Source: a virus
Lineage: Duplodnaviria; Caudoviricetes
IMG/VR virus record: IMGVR_UViG_2931736537_000001
Location: 1 to 64,000 of that record
Direction: 5' to 3' (one strand)
DNA: 64,000 nucleotides
Shown here: positions 54,976 to 63,868 of the stretch, one piece after another
How positions within the stretch are numbered: the stretch's first letter is position 1
Layout: each line of letters begins with the position of its first letter
Program-made: the position numbers and the translations under genes
Notes under the pieces: model-generated
What the model was told of the DNA's origin: nothing
Database searches by the model: none
Seen by the model: the letters and a program-made list of their open reading frames with translations, nothing else

Positions 54976-56141
54976 TGCTGCTCCGCGGCGCGCTGCTTCT
55001 CGCTCACCTTGTGCCAGGGGTTCTCCGCCCGGCTCTGCGCCCGGTCGAGGTACTCCTTCTTCACCGTGGCGCTGCCCGGCTTCCACCGGCCCTGCTTCGT
55101 CGGGTCGCCGCCGGCGTCCGCGATCTCCTGGGCGCCGCCGCGTCGCAGGCCGTGCGCGGTGATGTCCTGCCAGTTGGGCAGGTCGGCGGCGTAGGCCATG
55201 CCCCGGATCCAGTCGTTGACGGCGTCGCCGGTGACGAAGTCGCCCCGGACCGTGGCGGTGGCCCGGGACTGCAGCGTCCCGGCGACCGTCAGGGCCCGCA
55301 GCACCGGCCCCGAGTCGACGCCGAGCCGGTGCAGGCAGTTCAGCCAGTCCCGGGTGGCCTGCACCGGGTCGTACAGGCCCTCGTCGCCGGCGGAGGGCAC
55401 CCAGGTGTCCTCACCGTGGGCATCCTGGTCGGTCTTGGAGTAGGCGACCCACTGGGCCACGCCGCCGTCCTCGACGGTCAGGTCCTCGATCGTCAGGTCG
55501 GCCAGTTCGATCCGCCGGTTGAGGGCCTTGCGGCCGACGACCACCACGAACCGGTTCCGCAGCCCGATGGGGTGGCGCAGGTCGCAGGTGTCGACCATCG
55601 CCCGGGCCATCGCGGCCGTGATGGCCGGCGCCTTACGGACCCGGTTCCGCTTCAGCCACTGCTTGCGGTACTCGCGCAGCAGGCCGCGGGCCTTGCTGGT
55701 GCCGGGCTTCTTGTCGTCGGGCATCCACGTCCGCACGGCCGACAGGTACGTGCTGATCGTGTTCGGGCTCATGCCCCGGGCGATCAGGTGCGCGCAGTAC
55801 TCCACGTACGTCGCCGTCGTGCAGGGCCGCGCGACCCGGCCCATCCCGTCGCACCACTCTTCGAACAGCTTGCGCTGGTTCTTGTAGTTGCGGTCCGTGT
55901 TGGCCGGCGCCGACTCTTCCTCCAGGCGCCGGGCGGTCTCCTCGGACACCTCGAAGTCCCGGCGGGTGTACCGCGGGGCGGTGGCCTCGCTCGGCAGGGC
56001 CTCGCCGGGGTAGAGGATTGTGTGCTGGTCGACGGGCGGCTTGGCGGGCGCGGCCGGAAGTGGCACGGACGGCAGGACTTCGTCGTCGTCGACCAGCTCG
56101 GCGTCGACGACCTCGGTGGGCTCGAGTTCGGACGTGGTCAT
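54972..56141 (-). CDS. Cre-like tyrosine recombinase (putative multimer resolvase)
   Basis: ANT.R.Y...F..WC N-domain; GLRNR...RRIEL, SKTDQ, HGLRRGGA, GRW, EY (R-K-H-R-W-Y catalytic set). Confidence 0.9.
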   Translation of the reverse strand: MTTSELEPTEVVDAELVDDDEVLPSVPLPAAPAKPPVDQHTILYPGEALPSEATAPRYTRRDFEVSEETARRLEEESAPANTDRNYKNQRKLFEEWCDGMGRVARPCTTATYVEYCAHLIARGMSPNTISTYLSAVRTWMPDDKKPGTSKARGLLREYRKQWLKRNRVRKAPAITAAMARAMVDTCDLRHPIGLRNRFVVVVGRKALNRRIELADLTIEDLTVEDGGVAQWVAYSKTDQDAHGEDTWVPSAGDEGLYDPVQATRDWLNCLHRLGVDSGPVLRALTVAGTLQSRATATVRGDFVTGDAVNDWIRGMAYAADLPNWQDITAHGLRRGGAQEIADAGGDPTKQGRWKPGSATVKKEYLDRAQSRAENPWHKVSEKQRAAEQQ

Positions 56142-56419
56142 GGCGTCACCGAGCCGCAGCCGGGCGGGGAGCGACGGGCATGGACGGGGCCTTTCGGGAG
56201 CGGGCGGCGCGGGGAGGGACGCCGTACAGCTAGTTGATCACTGTTTGTGGTGGTTAGCGGTGTGTTGGGCGGCACACCGCCGGGCGGAGGCGGCACATGG
56301 GCGGCCGGTCGTGCCTGCGGCCGGGCAACCGCAGGTCACAGCCTGATCAACACGGCCGCACCGTACGGACGGGCGGGAGACGCTGGGCACCACCACACCA
56401 CCTTGGGGGGAGCACTCCT

Positions 56420-56683
56420 GTGTCCGACGAGCCGAGCTACCGCGACGTCCAGTCCGCGGTGAGGGTCGAGAAGTTCCGCATATGGTTCGCTTGGTTCTCC
56501 GGCGGCTTCATCATGCTCGGCATCGCGCTCGCCTGCCAGGACATCGCCGTCGTCAGCGTCATCACGCAGGTCCTGCTGGTCGTGCTCGGCATCCTGTCCA
56601 CCATCGCCGCGGTGACGATGTCCAACCGGCTCAACCGCCGGGCCGCAGAGGCCCGCCGGCGGGTCCTCGGCGACGACATGTGA
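56420..56683 (+). CDS. small two-TM membrane protein
   Basis: GGGAG RBS; two hydrophobic helices. Confidence 0.7.
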   Translation: MSDEPSYRDVQSAVRVEKFRIWFAWFSGGFIMLGIALACQDIAVVSVITQVLLVVLGILSTIAAVTMSNRLNRRAAEARRRVLGDDM

Positions 56684-56699
56684 CGTCGGCCGCGGCGTC

Positions 56700-57293
56700 T
56701 CAGGTCTCCGGGGGCCGCTCCTCGGCGGCAGGGCGCGCGATGGACGGCTCCCGCTGAGTGAGCACCAGCGCCACGGTGTCGAGGAGCCGACGGCCGAGGT
56801 GCTGCAGCTCCTGCTCGTGCGCGGCCAGGGCCGTACGGCTGGCGGTGCTCCGGAACTCCAGGGCCTCGCGCAGCGCGTCGGCGGCATACGCCATACGCCC
56901 CAGCGCCTGGTCCTCGTCGTGGGCGGTCGGCACCGGGGCCGTCGGCAGCCGCTCGAGGAGCTGCTGCAGCTCGGCGTCCGGGACCGCAGCCGCGGGCCGG
57001 TTCTCCAGGAGTGCGCCGCGCAGCGTCTCGGCGATCGGCTGGGCGGGCACATGGAGACGGTCCGGATCGGCCCGGCGGGCGGCGACGAAGCGGGCGAAGA
57101 CACTGGTGTCCTCGGGCATGGGCAGTCCTAGGGTTGCGGCGAGAAGCGCCTCGGCGGAGATGCCGTGCGCGTAGCGGCAGGTGGGGTTCTGGCAGGCGTG
57201 CACGTTACTGGCCGGCGCGAAGTACAGAGCCGTGCCGTGCACCGGGCAGCAGCACAACTCGTCGCACCGGTGCAGTGCGCGGACGGCGGTCAC
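56700..57293 (-). CDS. hypothetical protein with N-terminal zinc finger
   Basis: CPVH...ACQNPTC; GTGA overlap. Confidence 0.6.
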   Translation of the reverse strand: MTAVRALHRCDELCCCPVHGTALYFAPASNVHACQNPTCRYAHGISAEALLAATLGLPMPEDTSVFARFVAARRADPDRLHVPAQPIAETLRGALLENRPAAAVPDAELQQLLERLPTAPVPTAHDEDQALGRMAYAADALREALEFRSTASRTALAAHEQELQHLGRRLLDTVALVLTQREPSIARPAAEERPPET

Positions 57294-57802
57294 GGGCGCA
57301 TCCCGGTCAGCCGCTCGGCCACCGGTACGGAGGCGATGTCCCGGGCGCCGGCCACGCCCTCGCTCAGCTCGGTCAGTTCGCGGCGCACGTCCCCGTGCTC
57401 GGCGGTTCCGACCAGGGCTGCGGACAGCATCTGCCCGACCGGGTCGCTGTAGGCGTGCTCGCCCCGGCGCACCGCGCGCAGCCGGTGCAGGTTCACGACG
57501 TCCCAGGCCCGGTTGTTGGACTCGCGCACGGCGACGCTGGCGTCCCGGGCGGCCTGCAGGGAGCGCAGTATGCCGACGACGTTGTGGCTGGCGAGGTGCT
57601 CGAGGACCTTCGCCTCCAGCAGCGCGGGGGCGCTCGGCCGGGTGGCGTCGTCGTCGTGGTGCCAGTCGCAGCCGTCCAACGGGCAGGCGTAGCACGGCCA
57701 GAGCTCCAGGGCCGCGCGGCTGTAGTGCGGCGCCTGGCCGTGGTCGGCCTTCCACAGGCCCGCATGCTTCGCGGCCTGGAGGGCGCTGGATGCGTGGCTC
57801 AC
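57290..57802 (-). CDS. hypothetical protein with C2H2-like motif
   Basis: GGAGG RBS; YACPLDGCDW...HLASH. Confidence 0.65.
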   Translation of the reverse strand: MSHASSALQAAKHAGLWKADHGQAPHYSRAALELWPCYACPLDGCDWHHDDDATRPSAPALLEAKVLEHLASHNVVGILRSLQAARDASVAVRESNNRAWDVVNLHRLRAVRRGEHAYSDPVGQMLSAALVGTAEHGDVRRELTELSEGVAGARDIASVPVAERLTGMRP

Positions 57803-57816
57803 GTCGGGGACCTCCG

Positions 57817-58149
57817 TCACTCGGGGGTGGGAAGGCCGACGAGGTGCTGCGGCGGCTCGTCGTCGCCGTAGACCAGGGCGAGTTGGTGGATGACGGCGGT
57901 GAGGCCGGGCAGCAGAGTCCGAGCGCCGGACTCGTTGGGCGGGGTGAAGCCCTCGAGGTCGAAGTTCAGCGCCCACGCGTGCAGGAAGCTGTCGTCGCGC
58001 CGGGCCCGGGCGGAGGCCGCCTCGTACAAGTCGAGGACGCGCAGCACAGCCTTGTGCAGCTCGGGCGCGGCATCGGCTGGGGCGCCAGCGATCGTCTCGC
58101 GTAGCCAGGTGACGGTCTCGTCCGTTCGGTCCGGCAGGGGCTCGGTCAC
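57817..58149 (-). CDS. hypothetical protein (DUF6221-like)
   Basis: WLR...K..LRVLDLY...LALVY. Confidence 0.55.
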   Translation of the reverse strand: MTEPLPDRTDETVTWLRETIAGAPADAAPELHKAVLRVLDLYEAASARARRDDSFLHAWALNFDLEGFTPPNESGARTLLPGLTAVIHQLALVYGDDEPPQHLVGLPTPE

Positions 58150-59303
58150 TGCATCTCCGTTCGGGGGCGGATTGCGGACGGGCGCAAGTTCTTCCCGTCT
58201 TCATGGGCTTGGACGTGCGAGCGAGCATCGACGACGAACATGGCCCACCGGGTGTTACTGCGGAACTTGAAGTCGGAGATCACGCGGTCCGCATTCAGTA
58301 GGTTGCTCAGTGATCCCAGTCCGGGAAACAGGTAGTTGCCGACTGATCCAAGGGCCATCGTGCCCAGGGTGCGCAACAGGGTCGGTCGATGCTGGATTCG
58401 AAGCGCCTCATCACGAGCCGCGTCAATGAGCTGTTCGACCTGCTGCGCCAGTGCCGTTGCAGTGCCGGCGGGCGAGGGGCGCCCTGTGAGGAACTCCCGC
58501 AGGTCCTTGATGCGCTTGTCGCTGCGCAAGTCGGAGATGTAACCGTGGTAGGCCCCTCGGGGAGTCAACCTCTCAGCGCTTCGGAGGTGAAGGATTTCCT
58601 CAATGGCCGTGATCTGGGTTGCGTGAAATTGCGCCCCATCGAGGTCATCACCGCCGGTCGTCTGCCAGAGGCTGGGCAGCACCCCGGAGCCGGAGTTGAT
58701 GATGACGTCCATCGGGCCGAGGCCGAGAGCGTCCGCGATCAGGAACTGGGAGAGTTGGTGCAGATCTGCCCACACGCCGAGCCATGGGGTCTCAGTGTGC
58801 TGGATGGGCGCCAGCGAGCAAGTGTAACCACCGGACTCCATGGCGTGCGTGAGGTGATCGCGCAGCCGACTGTGCTGGGCCCAGCGGCGCGCGTACTTGC
58901 GGTTGCGTGCGGGGTCGGCCGCCGCCCCGGGGCCATCGGCGTGCTGCTCCGCCCAGAGGGCCCGCAACATCCGGAGGCCGTCTGCGCCTGCCTCCTCGGC
59001 AGTCTTCGCCAACTGGGGGTCGTCAGAGACAAACTTCACGAAGTCAAGGTTCTGCATGTCCGCCGGACAATGCCTTCGCTTCAGAAACCACAGCTCGTCG
59101 TAGCAGAGTGCTAGTCCGTTCGCGTTCTCCAGGACTGCGTTCGGCCAACCGATGCGTCCATCGGGTCGATAGATGTAGGCATGGTCGAAGAAGGCGGGAG
59201 CGAAGTCGCCTAGGAACGCCCGACGTTTCGTCGGCCGCCAGCCCCCCGCCTGTGAGGTCCCTGGAACCATGACAGTGGGCTGCTGCGGTTGGTCGTTGTC
59301 CAT
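58146..59303 (-). CDS. hypothetical protein of atypical (lower-GC) composition
   Basis: 385-aa ORF; GGAGAGG RBS; many A/T-ending codons. Confidence 0.75.
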   Translation of the reverse strand: MDNDQPQQPTVMVPGTSQAGGWRPTKRRAFLGDFAPAFFDHAYIYRPDGRIGWPNAVLENANGLALCYDELWFLKRRHCPADMQNLDFVKFVSDDPQLAKTAEEAGADGLRMLRALWAEQHADGPGAAADPARNRKYARRWAQHSRLRDHLTHAMESGGYTCSLAPIQHTETPWLGVWADLHQLSQFLIADALGLGPMDVIINSGSGVLPSLWQTTGGDDLDGAQFHATQITAIEEILHLRSAERLTPRGAYHGYISDLRSDKRIKDLREFLTGRPSPAGTATALAQQVEQLIDAARDEALRIQHRPTLLRTLGTMALGSVGNYLFPGLGSLSNLLNADRVISDFKFRSNTRWAMFVVDARSHVQAHEDGKNLRPSAIRPRTEMQ

Positions 59304-59335
59304 GCCCTCTCCCCCTCAGGATCGTTCCTGACGAA

Positions 59336-59369
59336 CCAGCCTCGTATAAGGGAATTTATACGAGGGTCC
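59336..59369. other. loxP-like recombination site
   Basis: CCAG-CCTCGTATA-[AGGGAATT]-TATACGAGG-GTCC: 9-bp perfect arms, 8-bp asymmetric spacer; TCGTATA/TATACGA core identical to loxP. Confidence 0.7.
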
Positions 59370-59619
59370 CTACGCGGTCCGCCACGACACCATGTCCGCA
59401 GGGGGAGAACCAGTACGACGTCGGGAGTCCGCCCCGGCCGCGCACGTAGCTCTGCACCCCGGCGCCGCACTCCAGGCACGGTGGCAGCGGCCAGTCCTCG
59501 GGGTAAGGGAGGCCACCGGCTTCGAACACCTCCTTGCGGAGGTCCAGGACCCGGTCGAGGGACTCGATCCGCTCGAGCGGGAGGATTACCCGGCCGTCGA
59601 GATCACGTGATGTCGGCAT
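59356..59619 (-). CDS. small hypothetical protein ending inside the lox-like site
   Basis: CLECG...PCGH. Confidence 0.55.
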   Translation of the reverse strand: MPTSRDLDGRVILPLERIESLDRVLDLRKEVFEAGGLPYPEDWPLPPCLECGAGVQSYVRGRGGLPTSYWFSPCGHGVVADRVGTLV

Positions 59620-59692
59620 GCGGCGAAGCGTAGTGTCCCGCCGGGCACCTGCAGCGGGCGTTCGCCCGATCGAGGGATGCCGTCCGCCCGTC

Positions 59693-59902
59693 CTACGCGG
59701 TCGGCCTCCATGCCGGCTCGGCGGGAACGGGAAGCTGGGCGTCGCAGTCGGGGCAGAGCCGGGCCACCAACTCGCCGGTCGGATAGGCCCGTACGGGAAG
59801 CGGCGTGAGGTGGTGGCACCGCCCCCGGATCCACTCCTCGGGGCCGCCGGCGGTGGTCACCTCCACCCACTCGAAGCGCGGATCGTCGGGCTCACCGTTC
59901 AT
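59693..59902 (-). CDS. small zinc-binding hypothetical protein
   Basis: GGAG RBS; C.H...GELVARLCPDCD. Confidence 0.55.
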   Translation of the reverse strand: MNGEPDDPRFEWVEVTTAGGPEEWIRGRCHHLTPLPVRAYPTGELVARLCPDCDAQLPVPAEPAWRPTA

Positions 59903-60147
59903 CGCCGCGGCGTTGCTCCGTCCCGCCGGCTGTCCAGGGGAAGCACCAGGGGCACGAGTCGGAGCAGCACAGCGGGCCAGGCCAGCAGCAGCCACGTCAG
60001 CAGCCCGGGCAGGTTGTCCTCCCGGCCGCGCAGGGGCAGGGCCGCGCTCTCCGTCCCGGCGGGCCGGTTCTTCACCACGAAGACGACGATGCTCGACGTC
60101 ACCAGCCAGTTGGCGAGCCAGAGAGCCAGCAGCACGGAAGGAGTCAT
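59899..60147 (-). CDS. small two-TM protein
   Basis: Hydrophobic helices; ATGA overlap. Confidence 0.55.
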   Translation of the reverse strand: MTPSVLLALWLANWLVTSSIVVFVVKNRPAGTESAALPLRGREDNLPGLLTWLLLAWPAVLLRLVPLVLPLDSRRDGATPRR

Positions 60148-60157
60148 ACCCCTGAAC

Positions 60158-60406
60158 CTACCCGTCCAGCGGGCCCGTGCGACCTTGCGCGCCGGGGCCC
60201 AGGCGGTGCCGACCCTGCTCGTCGACGACGATGACGGGCGGGCAGGCGGGGCACGAGTGCAGCTTCCAGCTTCCGATCCAGCGCCATCCCGCCTCCCACA
60301 GCGGCTTCCACTGCGCGTCGGCCGGCTTCGGCACGCTGGTCTTGCACACGCTGCAGGACACGGTGGCGGCGGCTGCTGCCGCGACGTCTGCTGTGGTGGT
60401 GCTCAT
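60158..60406 (-). CDS. small zinc-ribbon protein
   Basis: CSVC...GW...CPAC. Confidence 0.6.
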   Translation of the reverse strand: MSTTTADVAAAAAATVSCSVCKTSVPKPADAQWKPLWEAGWRWIGSWKLHSCPACPPVIVVDEQGRHRLGPGAQGRTGPLDG

Positions 60407-60475
60407 GAGGGCAGCGTATCCGCCGTCGTGGGACCGGTGCTGGTGGGCGCTCGTGTGCAGCGCAGTAACCATTCT

Positions 60476-60491
60476 TCGAAATCTTGTTCCC
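60476..60491. promoter_or_regulatory. weak LexA box upstream of lexA
   Basis: TCGAAA-TCTT-GTTCCC. Confidence 0.45.
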
Positions 60492-60552
60492 GTGCGGTGA
60501 ATGTCCGGATACCGTCTGTGGAAGCAAGATCGCACGTTGGGGGGACACGCCC

Positions 60553-61215
60553 ATGCACGTCACTGCCGAAACCAGTACCGAGAGGCCCCCGGGCCCCCGC
60601 GCCCGCGGAGAGGTGCTGACCGTCCGCCAGCAGAAGATCGTGGCGTACATCGCTCGCTTCCTCGACGAGCACGGCTACCCGCCGTCGATGCGCGAGATCG
60701 GCGCTGCCGTGGGCCTGTCCAGTACCTCGTCCGTCGCCTACCAGCTCCAGGCTCTGGAGAAGAAGGGCGCGCTGCGTCAGGACCCCAACCGCCCGCGCGC
60801 CTACGTCCTGGCGGACAGCCGGACCGAGGCGAGCCCGGCCGTCGTTGCCCACGTGCCCCTGGTGGGGCGCATCGCCGCCGGCACGCCGATCCTGGCGGAG
60901 GAGATGGTCGAGGACGTGCTCACGTTCCCGCGGCACGTCGTCGGAGATGGCGAGCTGTTCGCGCTGAAGGTCGTGGGCGAGAGCATGATCGGCGCGGCCA
61001 TCTGCGACGGAGACGTGGTGACCGTCCGCCGGCAGGCCAGCGCCGAGCCGGGCGACATCGTGGCCGCCATGCTGGACGGCGAGGCCACGGTCAAGCGCCT
61101 GAAGCGGGACGCGGGACGGGTCTGGCTGATGCCGCACAACCCGGCGTACGCGCCCCTCGCCGGCGACGAAGCGGTCATCCTCGGCAAGGTCGTCGCCGTC
61201 CTGCGGACCCTATGA
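60553..61215 (+). CDS. lexA: LexA transcriptional repressor
   Basis: [36 protein letters not shown] (Ala-Gly cleavage site), GESM (Ser), ATVKR (Lys). Confidence 0.95.
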   Translation: MHVTAETSTERPPGPRARGEVLTVRQQKIVAYIARFLDEHGYPPSMREIGAAVGLSSTSSVAYQLQALEKKGALRQDPNRPRAYVLADSRTEASPAVVAHVPLVGRIAAGTPILAEEMVEDVLTFPRHVVGDGELFALKVVGESMIGAAICDGDVVTVRRQASAEPGDIVAAMLDGEATVKRLKRDAGRVWLMPHNPAYAPLAGDEAVILGKVVAVLRTL

Positions 61216-61428
61216 CGCTGCGGCGCGAGGCGGGCCATCGCCGGCCGCCTCGCGTTCCGCCTTCCACGCGGCGTACAGCACGGGGTTCCCGGTCCACCAG
61301 TGGCACCGGCCGCAGTAGCCCTGCTCCACGTCCTTGGGGTGCCACGACTGCGCACCGCACTCGGGGCACACGATCGACGGCCGCGGATCGGTGACGGCAG
61401 CGGATGAAGGAAGCTCGAACTCACGCAC
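61210..61428 (-). CDS. small zinc-finger protein
   Basis: [22 protein letters not shown]. Confidence 0.6.
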   Translation of the reverse strand: MREFELPSSAAVTDPRPSIVCPECGAQSWHPKDVEQGYCGRCHWWTGNPVLYAAWKAEREAAGDGPPRAAAS

Positions 61429-61472
61429 GACAGAAGGCTAGCCCCTGCCGCTCCCGGCTACGGTAGGCGCTC

Positions 61473-61736
61473 ATGAACGCCTACGAGCGGGCCGCGCGAC
61501 GCGCCCTCGCCACCACCGGCCAAACCCACCTCACCACCCGGCAGTTCGCCGCGCTCCTCGACCGCGTCGAGGAAGCCACCCCGCATGCACAACAACTCCA
61601 ACGCCTTCACCCCGGACACGCCACCACCCGCGAGCGCCTGCACGCCGCTGGCATGACCTGCGCACAGATTGGCCTCCACGACGACGGCGACCCGGAGTTC
61701 CTCGACGCGCTGTTGCAGGAGATCGCCCGCACATAG
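61473..61736 (+). CDS. small hypothetical protein
   Basis: Plausible ORF with weak RBS. Confidence 0.5.
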   Translation: MNAYERAARRALATTGQTHLTTRQFAALLDRVEEATPHAQQLQRLHPGHATTRERLHAAGMTCAQIGLHDDGDPEFLDALLQEIART

Positions 61737-61808
61737 GCCCCGGCAACAGCCCACCTCGGGCCGCGTCGGCCGACGGACTGGCCAGGGCGCGGCGGGGACA
61801 ATGAGCGG

Positions 61809-62408
61809 GTGAATCCCCGTGACCTCGAACTGACCCTCGCCGCCGCCCGCGCGGTTGGCCCGTGCCCGCCGGGCGAGGAGGCGGCCTGGACCGACCAGGT
61901 CCGCGCCCGGGCCATCCATCTCTACACCCTCGCCGACACCGTCGGGCAGGACCTCCAGCGCCTGGACGCGGCGAAGCAGTTCACGGCGACTCTGCTGTCG
62001 CTGCGCCTCGAGGACACGAGCACCCGGGGCGTCCTGGTGGTCCGCAATACCTCCGGCGAGCTGGAGCAGCTGCGCACCGACCGCGGCGACTCCGACGCGG
62101 GGCGGGCCATGATCGAACGGGCCCGCGTGCTGGTCGGGCACCGGCTGCGGGTGTACCGCGTCAACGAGCAGATGGCCGGCAACCCCAAGATGCAGGTGCG
62201 CACCGTCGTCCACCTGACCGACTACGGTCCGGACACCGACCCGGTGCACGAGCACAGCGCGAAGGAGAACGTGCTGGCCGCGGCCGAGGGAGACACAGAT
62301 GCCGCCCGCCGGGCCTGGCTGGACGCGGGGCTCCCCGAGACGGGGTCGGTGTCCGTCCACCAGCTCGCCGCGGCGCTCGCCAAGCTTCCTGCAGCAGACG
62401 CCGGCTGA
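61809..62408 (+). CDS. hypothetical protein
   Basis: Strong codon bias; EQLRTDRGD..GRA...LVGHRLRVY. Confidence 0.7.
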   Translation: MNPRDLELTLAAARAVGPCPPGEEAAWTDQVRARAIHLYTLADTVGQDLQRLDAAKQFTATLLSLRLEDTSTRGVLVVRNTSGELEQLRTDRGDSDAGRAMIERARVLVGHRLRVYRVNEQMAGNPKMQVRTVVHLTDYGPDTDPVHEHSAKENVLAAAEGDTDAARRAWLDAGLPETGSVSVHQLAAALAKLPAADAG

Positions 62409-62516
62409 CCATCCGCCGGAACGCACGTACGCCGAACGGCGCGGGCCTCTCCCGGAAGGGGACGGCCCTGCACCATTCGGCGTACGGTTCCGATGTCGAG
62501 TCAGAACGGAGCCAGT

Positions 62517-63755
62517 ATGCCTCTCTCCAGTGACGAGCACATCGGTACGCGCGTGCGGATCGCCAGAAACGCCGCCGGCCTCACACAAGTCGAACTCGCC
62601 GACTTCCTCAACCGGGCCGAGAGCTGGATGGCGAACGTCGAGTCCGGCCGCCAGGCCCTCGACCGCTTCTCCGTCATCACAGCGATCGCCGACCGCTGCG
62701 ACGTGGACGTGGTCTGGCTGCTGGGCCAGCCCTACCGGCTGCAGCGCGGCGGCGGCAGCCTCGCCCACGCGCACATCCCCGCCCTGCGCACGGGCCTTCG
62801 CCGGGCCGGCCTGATCCTGTCCGGCCACCCCGGGCTCAGCCCCCAGGGCCCGCCGGCCGACCTCACGGACATGCGCCGCCGCTCCCGCGCGGCGAACGCC
62901 GCCCGCCAGGCCGCGGACCTGCCGAAGGTCGCCACCCTCCTGCCCCACATGATCGAGGACCTCAACACGACCCTGCTCTTCGCGCACGACCGCGGCCGCG
63001 ACGACGTCCTGCGGCTGCTCGTCGACGCCGCCCGCACCGCACGGATGGCCCTCAACCAGCTCGGATACCCCGACTTGGCCTGGATCGCCGCCGAGGTGGC
63101 GGCCGGCGCGGCCGGGCAGCTCGACGACCCGGTCGTCAAGGGCGCGGTCGCGTGGGACCGATGCGGCGCGCTGCTGCATCAGGCCTCGCTGAAGGACACG
63201 GTCGCGGTCGCCGACGCGGCGCTGCGTGACCTCGAGCCGCACACCACCGGACAGGACAGCAAGGCGATCTCCCTGCGCGGCGCCCTGCACCTGCGGTGCG
63301 CCATCGCACACGCGCGCGGCAACCAGAAGTCCGACGCCTGGGCGAGGATCGACGCCGCCCTGGACGACGCCAACCGGCTCGGCGAGGGCTGGTACGACGT
63401 CGACAGCCACACCGTGTTCGGCCGCGGCACCGTCGCGGTGCACGCCGCCGAGGCGGGCGTCGAGGTCGACCAGCCGGACACCGGGCTGAAGAAGGTGCCG
63501 GCCGTGACCGTCGGGGAGGTGCCGAGTCGAGAGCGGCGCACGCACTACGCCATCGACGAGGCGAGGGCCCTGCACCGCATGGGCAAGAGCCCCTCGGCCG
63601 TCCAGAAGCTACGCGCGGCCGCCGCGGACGCCCCGTTCTACGTGCACGCCGACCCCATGGCGAGGGCGCTGGTGAGCGACATGGCCCGCATCGGAGTGCC
63701 GTCGCAGAAGAGCGCCCTGTCGAGCCTGATTCGGCACATGGAGCTGGTGCACTGA
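62517..63755 (+). CDS. XRE-family HTH regulator with helical-repeat C-terminus
   Basis: IG.RVR.AR...GLTQVELA..L.R.ESW.ANVESG; TVFG. Confidence 0.9.
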   Translation: MPLSSDEHIGTRVRIARNAAGLTQVELADFLNRAESWMANVESGRQALDRFSVITAIADRCDVDVVWLLGQPYRLQRGGGSLAHAHIPALRTGLRRAGLILSGHPGLSPQGPPADLTDMRRRSRAANAARQAADLPKVATLLPHMIEDLNTTLLFAHDRGRDDVLRLLVDAARTARMALNQLGYPDLAWIAAEVAAGAAGQLDDPVVKGAVAWDRCGALLHQASLKDTVAVADAALRDLEPHTTGQDSKAISLRGALHLRCAIAHARGNQKSDAWARIDAALDDANRLGEGWYDVDSHTVFGRGTVAVHAAEAGVEVDQPDTGLKKVPAVTVGEVPSRERRTHYAIDEARALHRMGKSPSAVQKLRAAAADAPFYVHADPMARALVSDMARIGVPSQKSALSSLIRHMELVH

Positions 63756-63772
63756 ACGCCCCCCGCCGGAAA

Positions 63773-63797
63773 CGCCCCCTAGTTTTTCTAGGGGGCG
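63773..63797. promoter_or_regulatory. inverted repeat (terminator or operator)
   Basis: CGCCCCCTAG-TTTTT-CTAGGGGGCG. Confidence 0.5.
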
Positions 63798-63868
63798 CGG
63801 TGCCCGGAGCCCATCATCCTCAGACGGGTCACATTCCGTATCTAAGTGATCACCTGGGGGTATCGGCG

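Noticed and set aside
56226-56244. Recombination site directly upstream of the recombinase (ACAG..CTGT)
   Set aside because: Arms are only 4 bp; far weaker than the site at 59336.
61458-63575. Very long alternative-frame ORFs (also 14008..16128 as a whole, 36894..38744, 41850..44006 as a whole, 48419..50218)
   Set aside because: Arg/Pro/Gly-rich or antisense shadows of real genes, as expected at this GC content; only sub-segments with RBS and motifs were kept.
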